Shown here: one piece after another, positions 1 to 7,443 of the stretch | Numbering within the stretch: the first letter of the stretch is position 1 | Layout of the letters: each line of letters starts with the position of its first letter | Virus record (IMG/VR): IMGVR_UViG_3300027931_000002 | Span: 1-36,147 of that record | Direction: 5' to 3' (one strand) | Length of the DNA stretch: 36,147 bases | From: a virus | Notes under the pieces: model-generated | Told to the model about the DNA's origin: nothing | The model's database searches: none | Seen by the model: the letters and a program-made list of their open reading frames with translations, nothing else | Made by a program: the position numbers and the translations under genes

Positions 1-22
1 GAGATATGTTATATGTGTTAGT

Positions 23-101
23 ATACGTATTCGTGTTAGATATGTCTTATACGTATTCTTAGTCTTATACGTATATCATATTTCTTATGTCTTATACGTA
101 T
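23..101. repeat. ITR sub-repeats: 13-mer GTCTTATACGTAT x3 with palindromic core ATACGTAT
   Basis: GTCTTATACGTAT occurs at 44-56, 62-74 and 89-101. The self-complementary core ATACGTAT also occurs at 23-30. The pattern is mirrored in the right ITR. Confidence 0.85.
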
Positions 102-126
102 ATTACATTAGTTACTTCATACTTCT

Positions 127-243
127 TACTGACACTCATTCTTTTTTTTATTATATAGATATACTTTCCCACCCCTCATGCGGGGGGGTTACACTTCACT
201 CGTTCACACTGACACTCATGAGTTCGTACTGACACACTGACGC
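127..243. repeat. ITR sub-repeats: ACTGACAC x3 plus ACTGACGC
   Basis: ACTGACAC occurs at 128-135, 208-215 and 228-235, and ACTGACGC at 236-243. The only GC-rich patch of the ITR (CCCACCCCTCATGCGGGGGGG, 168-188) lies between them. Confidence 0.8.
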
Positions 244-313
244 TTGGTATTTCATGCTGGGACTCATTCAGGTCTGTTTTAAGAAAAGAAAAAAGTTCTA
301 GAACAATTTTTTT

Positions 314-357
314 TCGAACCTCACAGTTCGTAAACTCGAACTACGAACTTCGAACTC
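314..357. repeat. ITR sub-repeats: tandem CGAACTN x3 plus inverted AGTTCG / TTCGAA
   Basis: CGAACT occurs at 337-342, 344-349 and 351-356 (7-nt period). CGAAC is at 315-319 and the inverted copy GTTCG at 326-330. Confidence 0.8.
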
Positions 358-470
358 TCTAAAGAAGTATTCAAAAAAGTGATGTAACAATTTATATGCG
401 AAAAGTTTAAATACCACTATCCTCAAAAAACGTTAAATTTATAAACTATTTTTCACATATTTTACGTGAT

Positions 471-647
471 ATGAATTACTTTTCAGTCATTATGTATCTT
501 ATTAACGCTGTAATTTTCACCTTCATGCTTTTCCTCACTTTTATCAACCCTTCACTCTTAAATAATCAATATTGGGTTTACATTCTTGTAGGTTTTTTTA
601 CAGCAATAGTTTTTCATACAGGTTATAGTGCAGGTAAATCCTCATGA
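471..647 (+). CDS. Small membrane protein (58 aa, below the ORF-track cutoff)
   Basis: Hand translation gives MNYFSVIMYLINAVIFTFMLFLTFINPSLLNNQYWVYILVGFFTAIVFHTGYSAGKSS, with two hydrophobic segments. A TATA-like GTTAAATTTATAAAC lies at 432-446, about 26 nt upstream. The stop overlaps the next start (ATGA at 644-647). Confidence 0.45.
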   Translation: MNYFSVIMYLINAVIFTFMLFLTFINPSLLNNQYWVYILVGFFTAIVFHTGYSAGKSS

Positions 648-988
648 TACATCACCCATTACGTTTCGCTATGGCTCTTTATTTATTATTTGGTTGGATA
701 TACTATCTTGTTATTCATGCTCATTGTCCTGTTTATGTTATCTATTTTGTGCTTATTCTTTTTCCAATATGGATTTTTTATGAGGATTTTGCAGATTTTT
801 GCGAATATTCTAATCTGCGTGACATTTTATTCATTAACATTATCTCACTTCCTGTACCATTTTTCGTTTTTTACACTCTTTCTTTCGGATATTATTATTA
901 TCTTACTCTTGCTTACCTAATTTTCTATATATCTCTCGGTCTTTATATCAATTTCAAGATGTTTCGTCGTAAACCTAAATGTTTTTAA
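644..988 (+). CDS. Polytopic membrane protein, 114 aa
   Basis: ORF track entry. The sequence is very hydrophobic (F/Y/L/I-rich, several TM-like segments). ATGA coupling to the upstream small ORF. Confidence 0.6.
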   Translation: MIHHPLRFAMALYLLFGWIYYLVIHAHCPVYVIYFVLILFPIWIFYEDFADFCEYSNLRDILFINIISLPVPFFVFYTLSFGYYYYLTLAYLIFYISLGLYINFKMFRRKPKCF

Positions 989-1011
989 GCCCTGTATCCA
1001 CTATTTTTAAC
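982..1011 (+). promoter_or_regulatory. Class I promoter: TTTTTAAG (982-989) - CCC - TGTATCCA (993-1000) - N11 - ATG 1012
   Basis: The TATA-like box centre is about 26 nt from the ATG. The same geometry recurs at 4381-4410, 21959-21989 and 23264-23293 (minus strand). Confidence 0.65.
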
Positions 1012-1209
1012 ATGCACGGTCTTACTTTCATCAAACCCGATGGTGAAACGATAAAAGTCTTATTTTTCCCCACTAAAGCTATTGCAAAAGCATACCTTGA
1101 GATGTTATTGGAGGATTTCACCAGGTTGGGTTATAATGTTAAATATGGTGAGAAAGACGGAAAAATTTATTTTAATATTTCTGATAAAATTTTTATTGTA
1201 GGTGAGTGA
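1012..1209 (+). CDS. Small protein, cassette gene A copy 1 (65 aa)
   Basis: The start at ATG 1012 is chosen from the promoter geometry and alignment to paralogue 4411..4608. The two share MH.LT...G.I.K.L.FP....KAY..ML.ED...L.Y.V....I..VG. Confidence 0.7.
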   Translation: MHGLTFIKPDGETIKVLFFPTKAIAKAYLEMLLEDFTRLGYNVKYGEKDGKIYFNISDKIFIVGE

Positions 1210-1212
1210 TTT

Positions 1213-1467
1213 ATGATAGTTTATTTCGTTAATATAATCGATTCTGATGGTACGGTTTTAGTCCAGAGGGAGTTTCCAACCCAATGTGAACGTCAAACTT
1301 ATGCTGATCTTATGGTTGATATACTTTCCTTTATTGAAGGTCGTAAAGTAAAGGATGTAAAGAAAGAAATACTGAAAGAAAATAAGGCTCTTAAGTCAGT
1401 TTTAGCGTCTGCCAGGGAAATAGAGGAAAAATTTGTTGTAACAGAAATGGTTGTTGAAAAAGCTTAA
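1213..1467 (+). CDS. Small protein, cassette gene B copy 1 (84 aa)
   Basis: Paralogue of 4612..4836: VNIIDSDGTVLVQREF...QTYADLMVDILS versus VDVMDSNGNLLIHREF...QTYADILMEIIS. It starts 4 nt after the gene A stop in both copies. Confidence 0.7.
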   Translation: MIVYFVNIIDSDGTVLVQREFPTQCERQTYADLMVDILSFIEGRKVKDVKKEILKENKALKSVLASAREIEEKFVVTEMVVEKA

Positions 1468-1501
1468 AAGTCTTTTTTTCCAATTTTTTTCTTGGTGTTT
1501 T

Positions 1502-1690
1502 ATGGGAGATATTGAGGACGTTATTTCTTTCTTACGTTCCGTAGGTGTAATTAAAGGTAATACTGTTTCTTATGATGGTCTTGTACATTATGGTGAAAGT
1601 ATTAGTATAATTCTTAATTTACCTCCTGAAGAAGCCGGGCGTAAAGTTCTTGATTATCTTGTAAATAACGGTTACATTATGGTGAGATAA
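1502..1690 (+). CDS. Small protein (62 aa), possibly winged-helix-like
   Basis: The track ORF 1451.. starts at TTG. The first ATG is at 1502 (MGDIEDVISFLRSVG...). The end overlaps the next start (ATAATG). Confidence 0.5.
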   Translation: MGDIEDVISFLRSVGVIKGNTVSYDGLVHYGESISIILNLPPEEAGRKVLDYLVNNGYIMVR

Positions 1691-2319
1691 TGGAACCTGA
1701 ATTATATGTTATGTCAGTAGGCGATAAACATTATGTGAGCGGTACTGTCTATACTCCGGATGGTATAGTGCAATATAATGTGGTGCTTGATGACTTTGAG
1801 AAGATATTTACTCTCTTTCCTACTTTTGCTACTTTGATTAATTGTTATCATGATGATGTTTGTATACGTGACCATATTGACCATTTTTATTATCTTACTT
1901 ATCGTGATGAAGATGAGCTTATGAAGATGCTTACGTTTATGAGTGGTGCGTCTATTTCTTATCTTCAGCTTATTCCTGAGGAAGTAATTAAGAAGTTAGA
2001 TATTCATTTTAGTTTCAATTCGTTTCATATCGGTGGTGCTGATGTGTTAAAGAATGTTGAGTGTAATGTAATTGGTTCAATTCCTTCCTTTTTAGTTATT
2101 ACTTATGGCTATGTTTCTATTAACGGCGTGAAAATAGGTATGCGTGATGAAAGTGGTGATTATGATGTTTGTGGGCAAATAATTAACTTAGAGTCTAATG
2201 CACTTAGTTACCTTTCATATTTATTGGCTTGTTATTTTCTAAAATATTATAAGGTTACTCCGACTTGGAGTGAGGTGTTAAAAACATGGTGCGGTATCAG
2301 GATATCATTAATGATGTGA
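1690..2319 (+). CDS. Hypothetical protein, 209 aa
   Basis: Long ORF with T/G-ending codon usage like its neighbours. No motif recognised. Confidence 0.65.
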   Translation: MEPELYVMSVGDKHYVSGTVYTPDGIVQYNVVLDDFEKIFTLFPTFATLINCYHDDVCIRDHIDHFYYLTYRDEDELMKMLTFMSGASISYLQLIPEEVIKKLDIHFSFNSFHIGGADVLKNVECNVIGSIPSFLVITYGYVSINGVKIGMRDESGDYDVCGQIINLESNALSYLSYLLACYFLKYYKVTPTWSEVLKTWCGIRISLMM

Positions 2320-2975
2320 ATAGTAAGTTGTTTCTTCTTGATAAGTGGTTAGAAGTCTATAAGCTTGCAGAACATTATGATAGTTATCTTGATGCTTGCT
2401 ATGGTGGTCATGCTAGAGCTTTTATGCAGAATGTTGGTTCCTTTGCTGAGGATTTTGTTTCCATTACTCATATTGTTTATGACCTTTCCTGTATTCCGGG
2501 TCTTGCGGAATTTCTCAGGCTTTGGAACTCTTATGATTTAAGGGGTAAGTATATTTATCGTACTACTACTGTTAGTTATATTAAAGATTATATTGTTGCC
2601 TCCACTCCTTTTATGGTTGCTAATGCTCAAGACACTTCGATTAATAGATATCTTTCTTATTGGTCTGTTAGTCTTTATACTTCAAATTATTTTATTCGTA
2701 GATATATTAGTTATACTAATGTTAAGTCCGATGATATACGTGTACTTGTTGCACCTTATGATTACACGATTTGTGGCAAAGACTGGTATGATAATATCAG
2801 TCCTGAATATACTGTCGTTATTGACAACAAGCCCTATAATTTTGGTGATTTAAAATACCTCAGAGAACTTGAAGTACGTTGCTTTAACTACCCTAGTTCT
2901 AAGCTCGTCTATTCTCTTACTGTTGATGATTTTAACGAGTTAATGAAATATCTTCCCAAAAAATACGTTTATTAG
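2286..2975 (+). CDS. Hypothetical protein, 229 aa
   Basis: Long ORF overlapping the previous gene by 34 nt. No motif recognised. Confidence 0.65.
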   Translation: MVRYQDIINDVNSKLFLLDKWLEVYKLAEHYDSYLDACYGGHARAFMQNVGSFAEDFVSITHIVYDLSCIPGLAEFLRLWNSYDLRGKYIYRTTTVSYIKDYIVASTPFMVANAQDTSINRYLSYWSVSLYTSNYFIRRYISYTNVKSDDIRVLVAPYDYTICGKDWYDNISPEYTVVIDNKPYNFGDLKYLRELEVRCFNYPSSKLVYSLTVDDFNELMKYLPKKYVY

Positions 2976-2976
2976 G

Positions 2977-3318
2977 TTACGGGTCATCGTCTTTTGGACG
3001 ACGCGAGCATAATTCTGCATAATTTCCTTTTATTAAAATTAGAAATGATGATTCATCTATAAGTTTCAGTAATTCGTCTAATGTTAACTGAACTCTTTTT
3101 GAATTTTTTGTTCTGAATTTTTTCCAGGTTTTTTCTTTTACCCATACAAAATATATTTCGCTATCTTCAGATGGAAGCCACATTTTTATACGTTCTTTAT
3201 CCATCCATGAAAGCCACTCTTTAAATTCATTTTTATCTAGGGGTTCGAATGTTCTTCCATCTCTTAATGGCGAACATGTATAGTCTGGTAATTCGAAATC
3301 GATTACTACAATTTTCAT
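2977..3318 (-). CDS. Hypothetical protein, 113 aa
   Basis: ORF track entry, tightly packed with 3321..3599. No motif recognised. Confidence 0.6.
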   Translation of the reverse strand: MKIVVIDFELPDYTCSPLRDGRTFEPLDKNEFKEWLSWMDKERIKMWLPSEDSEIYFVWVKEKTWKKFRTKNSKRVQLTLDELLKLIDESSFLILIKGNYAELCSRRPKDDDP

Positions 3319-3320
3319 GT

Positions 3321-3599
3321 CTAAATAGTTAATTCACTTCGTGATTTTAAAATTTCTTCCCATTCATTTTGCGGTATTCCTAGTTTCTTTAATAGTTCTT
3401 TTGCTATTTCTTCCGGTTCTGGTGGTTTCACAAATGATATTGTTGGTTTTTCTATTGTAGTTGATTGGTCTCCTAGTTCTGCTATTCCTACTATATGTCT
3501 TTTTCCTATTGCTATCATTATTTTTAATGGGACTTCTGCCTTTGATTCTATGAAAAGCGATTTCGATTTCCTTTTTCCCGAAAATGAAAAGAGTTTCAT
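3321..3599 (-). CDS. Hypothetical protein, 92 aa
   Basis: ORF track entry, first gene of a two-gene minus-strand unit. Confidence 0.55.
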   Translation of the reverse strand: MKLFSFSGKRKSKSLFIESKAEVPLKIMIAIGKRHIVGIAELGDQSTTIEKPTISFVKPPEPEEIAKELLKKLGIPQNEWEEILKSRSELTI

Positions 3600-3680
3600 T
3601 GCTTAATTTTCTTGTTTTTCTCCTTAATAACTGTTTCTAACTTTAAATACTGGTTCTGTCTATTTTTATTTGGGTTTACT

Positions 3681-4379
3681 ATGAGAAAGTTACGTGCTTC
3701 AGTAAAAGATATAAGACCTCTTTCCGAAATTCCTCCTAATTCACAACTATTATGGCAAAATAATGAGTTTGCTATTTACTATATTTACGATATTTATGCT
3801 GGCGAAGTCCAATGGGTACTCGTAAATAAGACTTATACTCAGAAGTATGTTTCATTGCTGAGGGGTGCTGTTCTCGAAATTCAGGGTCAGACTTATGCTA
3901 TTCCTAAATATATTTTCGGTAATGCTTTCGCGGAGGTGTATTTTGGCAACGGTTTGTCTTCTTATATCAGTAACCTTAACGATATTCCTCTTTATTCTCT
4001 TGCAGTACTTAGGGATTCTTCAAATAAGAGTATTGTGGGTTTCGTTTTCTATTTACCTCCTAAGGGTGTTCTTATTGTCCCTGAGTACGGTTTCTATGGT
4101 TTACAATCTCTTGAGGCTGAGCTTCTTGAGGTCAGTCCCGGGAATTTAAACCTATATGTTATAATTTACGATTATGCTGAAATTATAGAATATGAGCAAC
4201 AAACTGGTCTTCAAGTCCAAGCACCTCCAGACCCTTATGCCGTATTTTCGTATCAATTCAATATTAGCGATGTCGGTACTGTGGTAACTTCTAGGGTCAT
4301 ATTAGAGATTCCTCAGAGTGATGTTAATTTTGTTAATACATTAATAAATGATATTAAGAAGTTCTTCCATAGACTATAA
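3681..4379 (+). CDS. Hypothetical protein, 232 aa
   Basis: The track ORF 3612.. begins at TTG. The first ATG is at 3681 (MRKLRASVKD...). Confidence 0.6.
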   Translation: MRKLRASVKDIRPLSEIPPNSQLLWQNNEFAIYYIYDIYAGEVQWVLVNKTYTQKYVSLLRGAVLEIQGQTYAIPKYIFGNAFAEVYFGNGLSSYISNLNDIPLYSLAVLRDSSNKSIVGFVFYLPPKGVLIVPEYGFYGLQSLEAELLEVSPGNLNLYVIIYDYAEIIEYEQQTGLQVQAPPDPYAVFSYQFNISDVGTVVTSRVILEIPQSDVNFVNTLINDIKKFFHRL

Positions 4380-4380
4380 T

Positions 4381-4410
4381 TTTTTAAATCCTGTATCCAT
4401 TATTTTTCTC
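4381..4410 (+). promoter_or_regulatory. Class I promoter: TTTTTAAA (4381-4388) - TCC - TGTATCCA (4392-4399) - N11 - ATG 4411
   Basis: Spacing is identical to the 982-1011 copy. Confidence 0.65.
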
Positions 4411-4608
4411 ATGCATAAATTGACTTTGTTTAATTGTAAGGGTGATATTTTTAAGGAATTGGTTTTTCCTTCTGAAGAGTTTACTAAGGCTTATATGCAT
4501 ATGTTAGCTGAAGATATGGATAAATTGAAGTATTGGGTGGACTTTAAGAAAGTGGGGGATAAATACGTTATTAAAATTGAACACCAAATAATTGTTGTAG
4601 GTGATTAA
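4411..4608 (+). CDS. Small protein, cassette gene A copy 2 (65 aa)
   Basis: Paralogue of 1012..1209, with the start set by the same promoter geometry. Confidence 0.7.
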   Translation: MHKLTLFNCKGDIFKELVFPSEEFTKAYMHMLAEDMDKLKYWVDFKKVGDKYVIKIEHQIIVVGD

Positions 4609-4611
4609 GTC

Positions 4612-4836
4612 GTGGAATATTATGTGGTTGATGTTATGGATTCTAATGGTAATTTGTTGATTCATAGGGAGTTTTCTAGTCACATTGATTGTCAGACATA
4701 TGCCGATATTTTGATGGAGATTATTTCCTGTGTAGAGTTTCATAGGGAGAGGGAACTAAAATCCGATGATCCTTCTATTTTAAGAATTAGGGAAGTTAAT
4801 GGTAAGTACTTTATCATTGAAAAGGTTTGTAAATAA
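4612..4836 (+). CDS. Small protein, cassette gene B copy 2 (74 aa, GTG start)
   Basis: Paralogue of 1213..1467. The GTG start at 4612 is supported by N-terminal alignment (MEYYVVDVMDSNG versus MIVYFVNIIDSDG) and by the same 4-nt gap after gene A. Confidence 0.7.
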   Translation: MEYYVVDVMDSNGNLLIHREFSSHIDCQTYADILMEIISCVEFHRERELKSDDPSILRIREVNGKYFIIEKVCK

Positions 4837-4843
4837 TTTTTGG

Positions 4844-5317
4844 CTAGATTTTACATAAGGTTATTTCTCTCCCATCATCACTTGCATATGTAAAAACTGT
4901 ACCTTCTAGTCTTCTTAGTAATTGTACTCTGTTCTTAGTCCAATCATGTATCCCTATACACCATTGTTCATACTTTTTTAGTATATCCATGTTTAGGTTT
5001 TCTTCGCATCCTTCACAGTCCATTATGAAAATATCAACGTTCTCATATTCTCCTTTCCATTCACCTTTCATTACCGCTTTATCGCAAATGTTGAAATATT
5101 GGCATACTTCTTCCCATTTTTTTCTTAAGTGTTCTTCTTTCTCATATTGTATTATATTTTTTGCTCCTCTCCATAAGAAATACAATGCTGAACTACCACA
5201 ATCTGCCCCTACTATTTGTATTGTTTTTTCGAATATGTTTAATTTTCCATAAGCGTGCGGATATTCTCTCCAATAATCACATTCTTTTTTCCTGAAATAT
5301 TCGGATATGTTTTCCAT
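4844..5317 (-). CDS. SAM-dependent methyltransferase, FkbM-like
   Basis: IVGADCGSSALYF resembles SAM-binding motif I. DIFIMDCEGCE resembles the FkbM-family hKhDhEGxE motif. Confidence 0.65.
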   Translation of the reverse strand: MENISEYFRKKECDYWREYPHAYGKLNIFEKTIQIVGADCGSSALYFLWRGAKNIIQYEKEEHLRKKWEEVCQYFNICDKAVMKGEWKGEYENVDIFIMDCEGCEENLNMDILKKYEQWCIGIHDWTKNRVQLLRRLEGTVFTYASDDGREITLCKI

Positions 5318-5374
5318 TTTTATATCCCCCTATTTTGTCTGAGTTATAGATTTTTACTTTTTTCTTTAATAAAC

Positions 5375-5806
5375 TTAGTGACGTACATGTATAATGTAGA
5401 AATCTTGAAGTGAGTTAAAATGATGCGGTATTTCTTGAATGTAAATATTGAAGTCAATACACGGTGGGCATAACATTTTCATCGCATCCTTAATTTTCAC
5501 GTTGTATATATACATTATACTCGCCAGTGCAAAAGTCACACTCCTATGTACGCCTGCTACACAATGAATTAAAGTCTTTATTTCTTGTTCGAAATTGTTT
5601 CTAGTTATTTCTGCTATAATTAGTAGGTCATCGATATCTATAGGTACTAAGTCGGGATATTTCAACCAGAGTTTTGCTTTCGGATTGTGAAAATCTTTTG
5701 CTACGTTTATTGTAAAGTACTCCTGTCCATGTTCTAGTGCGTATATTCCATCGCTTTGCCAAATCATTTTCTTAGGGTCTGAGCGTAGAAAACCCATATT
5801 TATCAC
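5375..5806 (-). CDS. Cysteine-based protein phosphatase (dual-specificity/PTP-like, HCX5R)
   Basis: HCVAGVHRS (aa 81-89, nt 5540-5566) fits the HCX5R(S/T) P-loop signature exactly. Candidate general-acid Asp residues (IDIDD, aa 56-60) lie 22-26 residues upstream. Confidence 0.7.
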   Translation of the reverse strand: MINMGFLRSDPKKMIWQSDGIYALEHGQEYFTINVAKDFHNPKAKLWLKYPDLVPIDIDDLLIIAEITRNNFEQEIKTLIHCVAGVHRSVTFALASIMYIYNVKIKDAMKMLCPPCIDFNIYIQEIPHHFNSLQDFYIIHVRH

Positions 5807-5808
5807 CT

Positions 5809-6591
5809 CTATTTAAGCCATTCCCATAATTCCTGTCCTATTGTTATGTAATAATAACGTAGCGACTTATGCCAACACTTCCAACTTAAGTCTTCCCATT
5901 CTTCTTTATTTACCTCTATTTTTCTTAAATCCTCTACTGAATCTATCTCAATCCCGCATCCATATTCTGCATATGCATGGTTTTTAATGTAGATGAGTGG
6001 TGTTCCTACGCTCATTGCCTCAATCGGTGGTATATTGAATCCCTCAGCCTCACTTACTGCTATATAGAAAAGGGAATGAGATAGTAGGTAGTACTTCATA
6101 TCTTCACTTAAACTCATAAACTTAAAGTCCGCATTAGGGTGGTCACTTACTAATGTAAGTTCTGCTCTTCTTCCTTCGAATATATTGAGTACGTCATTTA
6201 TCCTCTTATACGGTCTGTTTTTAGTTATTATTATATACCCTCTTCTAGCATTAAAGTCAAAGTTCACATGTTTCTGAGCCATTTCATCATTAACTCCCCA
6301 TGGGGTCACTTGCTCTACTTTTATTCCGTTTTTTTCCATATACTCTTTTAACCATGTTGATGTTGTTATTATTTTTCGGTTATCTATTAATACTATGTTA
6401 CCTTTTCCCGGTCTGTTACACCATATTATTCCACTACTCGCTACGTTGCATTCGCCAACGTAAAAATCAGCTGGTTTGAAATACGTTTTTATTATGTCGA
6501 ATTCATGATATTTTTTCATATAATATATTGTCTGATCTACTACCCATTCATAACTACAGTCCTTGCATGGCGTATATATTTTTTTTACCAT
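5809..6591 (-). CDS. Glycosyltransferase (GT-B, GT4-like) with N-terminal 4-Cys module
   Basis: EAEGFNIPPIEAMSVGTPLIY is the E-x7-E type motif. The N-terminus has PCKDCSY plus two further Cys. Paralogous to 14650..15555 and 18185..19060. Confidence 0.8.
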   Translation of the reverse strand: MVKKIYTPCKDCSYEWVVDQTIYYMKKYHEFDIIKTYFKPADFYVGECNVASSGIIWCNRPGKGNIVLIDNRKIITTSTWLKEYMEKNGIKVEQVTPWGVNDEMAQKHVNFDFNARRGYIIITKNRPYKRINDVLNIFEGRRAELTLVSDHPNADFKFMSLSEDMKYYLLSHSLFYIAVSEAEGFNIPPIEAMSVGTPLIYIKNHAYAEYGCGIEIDSVEDLRKIEVNKEEWEDLSWKCWHKSLRYYYITIGQELWEWLK

Positions 6592-7443
6592 TTATGATAC
6601 ACTTACCCCTATTTTATAGTTATACACATTACCTATATTGAACGTTACTGATACTGGTAGTTGCATATATGCTAAGTAAATACTACCGATCTGGTATAAT
6701 GCTATCATTGTTGGTGAACTACAGTTAATGGTTGACGTTATTACTGCTGTACCCAAGCCGTTGTATACGGGATAGCATAGTTGTGGTTGTCCGTTGCATG
6801 TATAGATGAATGCAGTTATACCTTTTAATTGTTGTGGTGATGATGGTGTTGGTACTATAGCTAACATTGTTGCAAGTGGTATGTTAGGGAATTGTGATTG
6901 TACTGTAAATGCAGTTGATGGTATTAACGTATATGCAATGATCAAGTGTACGAAGTATGTGTACGCTAATAATTGACCATTTAGTGATTTACAGTCATTT
7001 ATTGGTAGTAAGTATGACATTACGATGCTTTGACCTATGTTAAATATTGAGTTTACTACGATGTCTATAGTCCATTCTACTGATAAGTTATCATCTGTTG
7101 ATGACGTGAAGTTTCCCGTTACAGTTGCTATTTTATATAGCATTGTACTGCCAATTACTGCATACATGTCGATTTCATTAGCGTTAAAGTCCGTGGTGAA
7201 TGTTGCTTCGAATGTTATTGATAATTCGCCTCCATTTTCCACTATTGATGTTATTTTTGCGAACGCCATAGCTTTTGCTACTCCATTCTGTCTAGGTATC
7301 ATTGCTATTCCCGTAGGAAAATTAAAGACGAAAGTGTATTTCTGTGTTGCAAATGAGTAACCATAGTAATAATAGTAAGTACTCTCATATCCATCGACTA
7401 GAAGTGTTTCCAGTAGGGACTTATATTCTGCCGATATTGTCAT
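6592..7443 (-). CDS. Ser/Thr/Asn-rich virion (terminal fibre-like) protein, 283 aa
   Basis: The N-terminus MTISAEYKSLLETLL resembles those of the next two genes. It has beta-rich S/T/N/Y composition and an ATGA overlap with the upstream gene. Confidence 0.6.
   Translation of the reverse strand: MTISAEYKSLLETLLVDGYESTYYYYYGYSFATQKYTFVFNFPTGIAMIPRQNGVAKAMAFAKITSIVENGGELSITFEATFTTDFNANEIDMYAVIGSTMLYKIATVTGNFTSSTDDNLSVEWTIDIVVNSIFNIGQSIVMSYLLPINDCKSLNGQLLAYTYFVHLIIAYTLIPSTAFTVQSQFPNIPLATMLAIVPTPSSPQQLKGITAFIYTCNGQPQLCYPVYNGLGTAVITSTINCSSPTMIALYQIGSIYLAYMQLPVSVTFNIGNVYNYKIGVSVS

Larger units (their letters stand above)
1..404. repeat. Left inverted terminal repeat (ITR), 404 bp
   Basis: Bases 1-404 are the reverse complement of 35744-36147. 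I checked homopolymer runs (T8, G7) and several blocks by eye and found no mismatch. Identity ends at 405 (g) versus 35743 (t). Confidence 0.95.
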
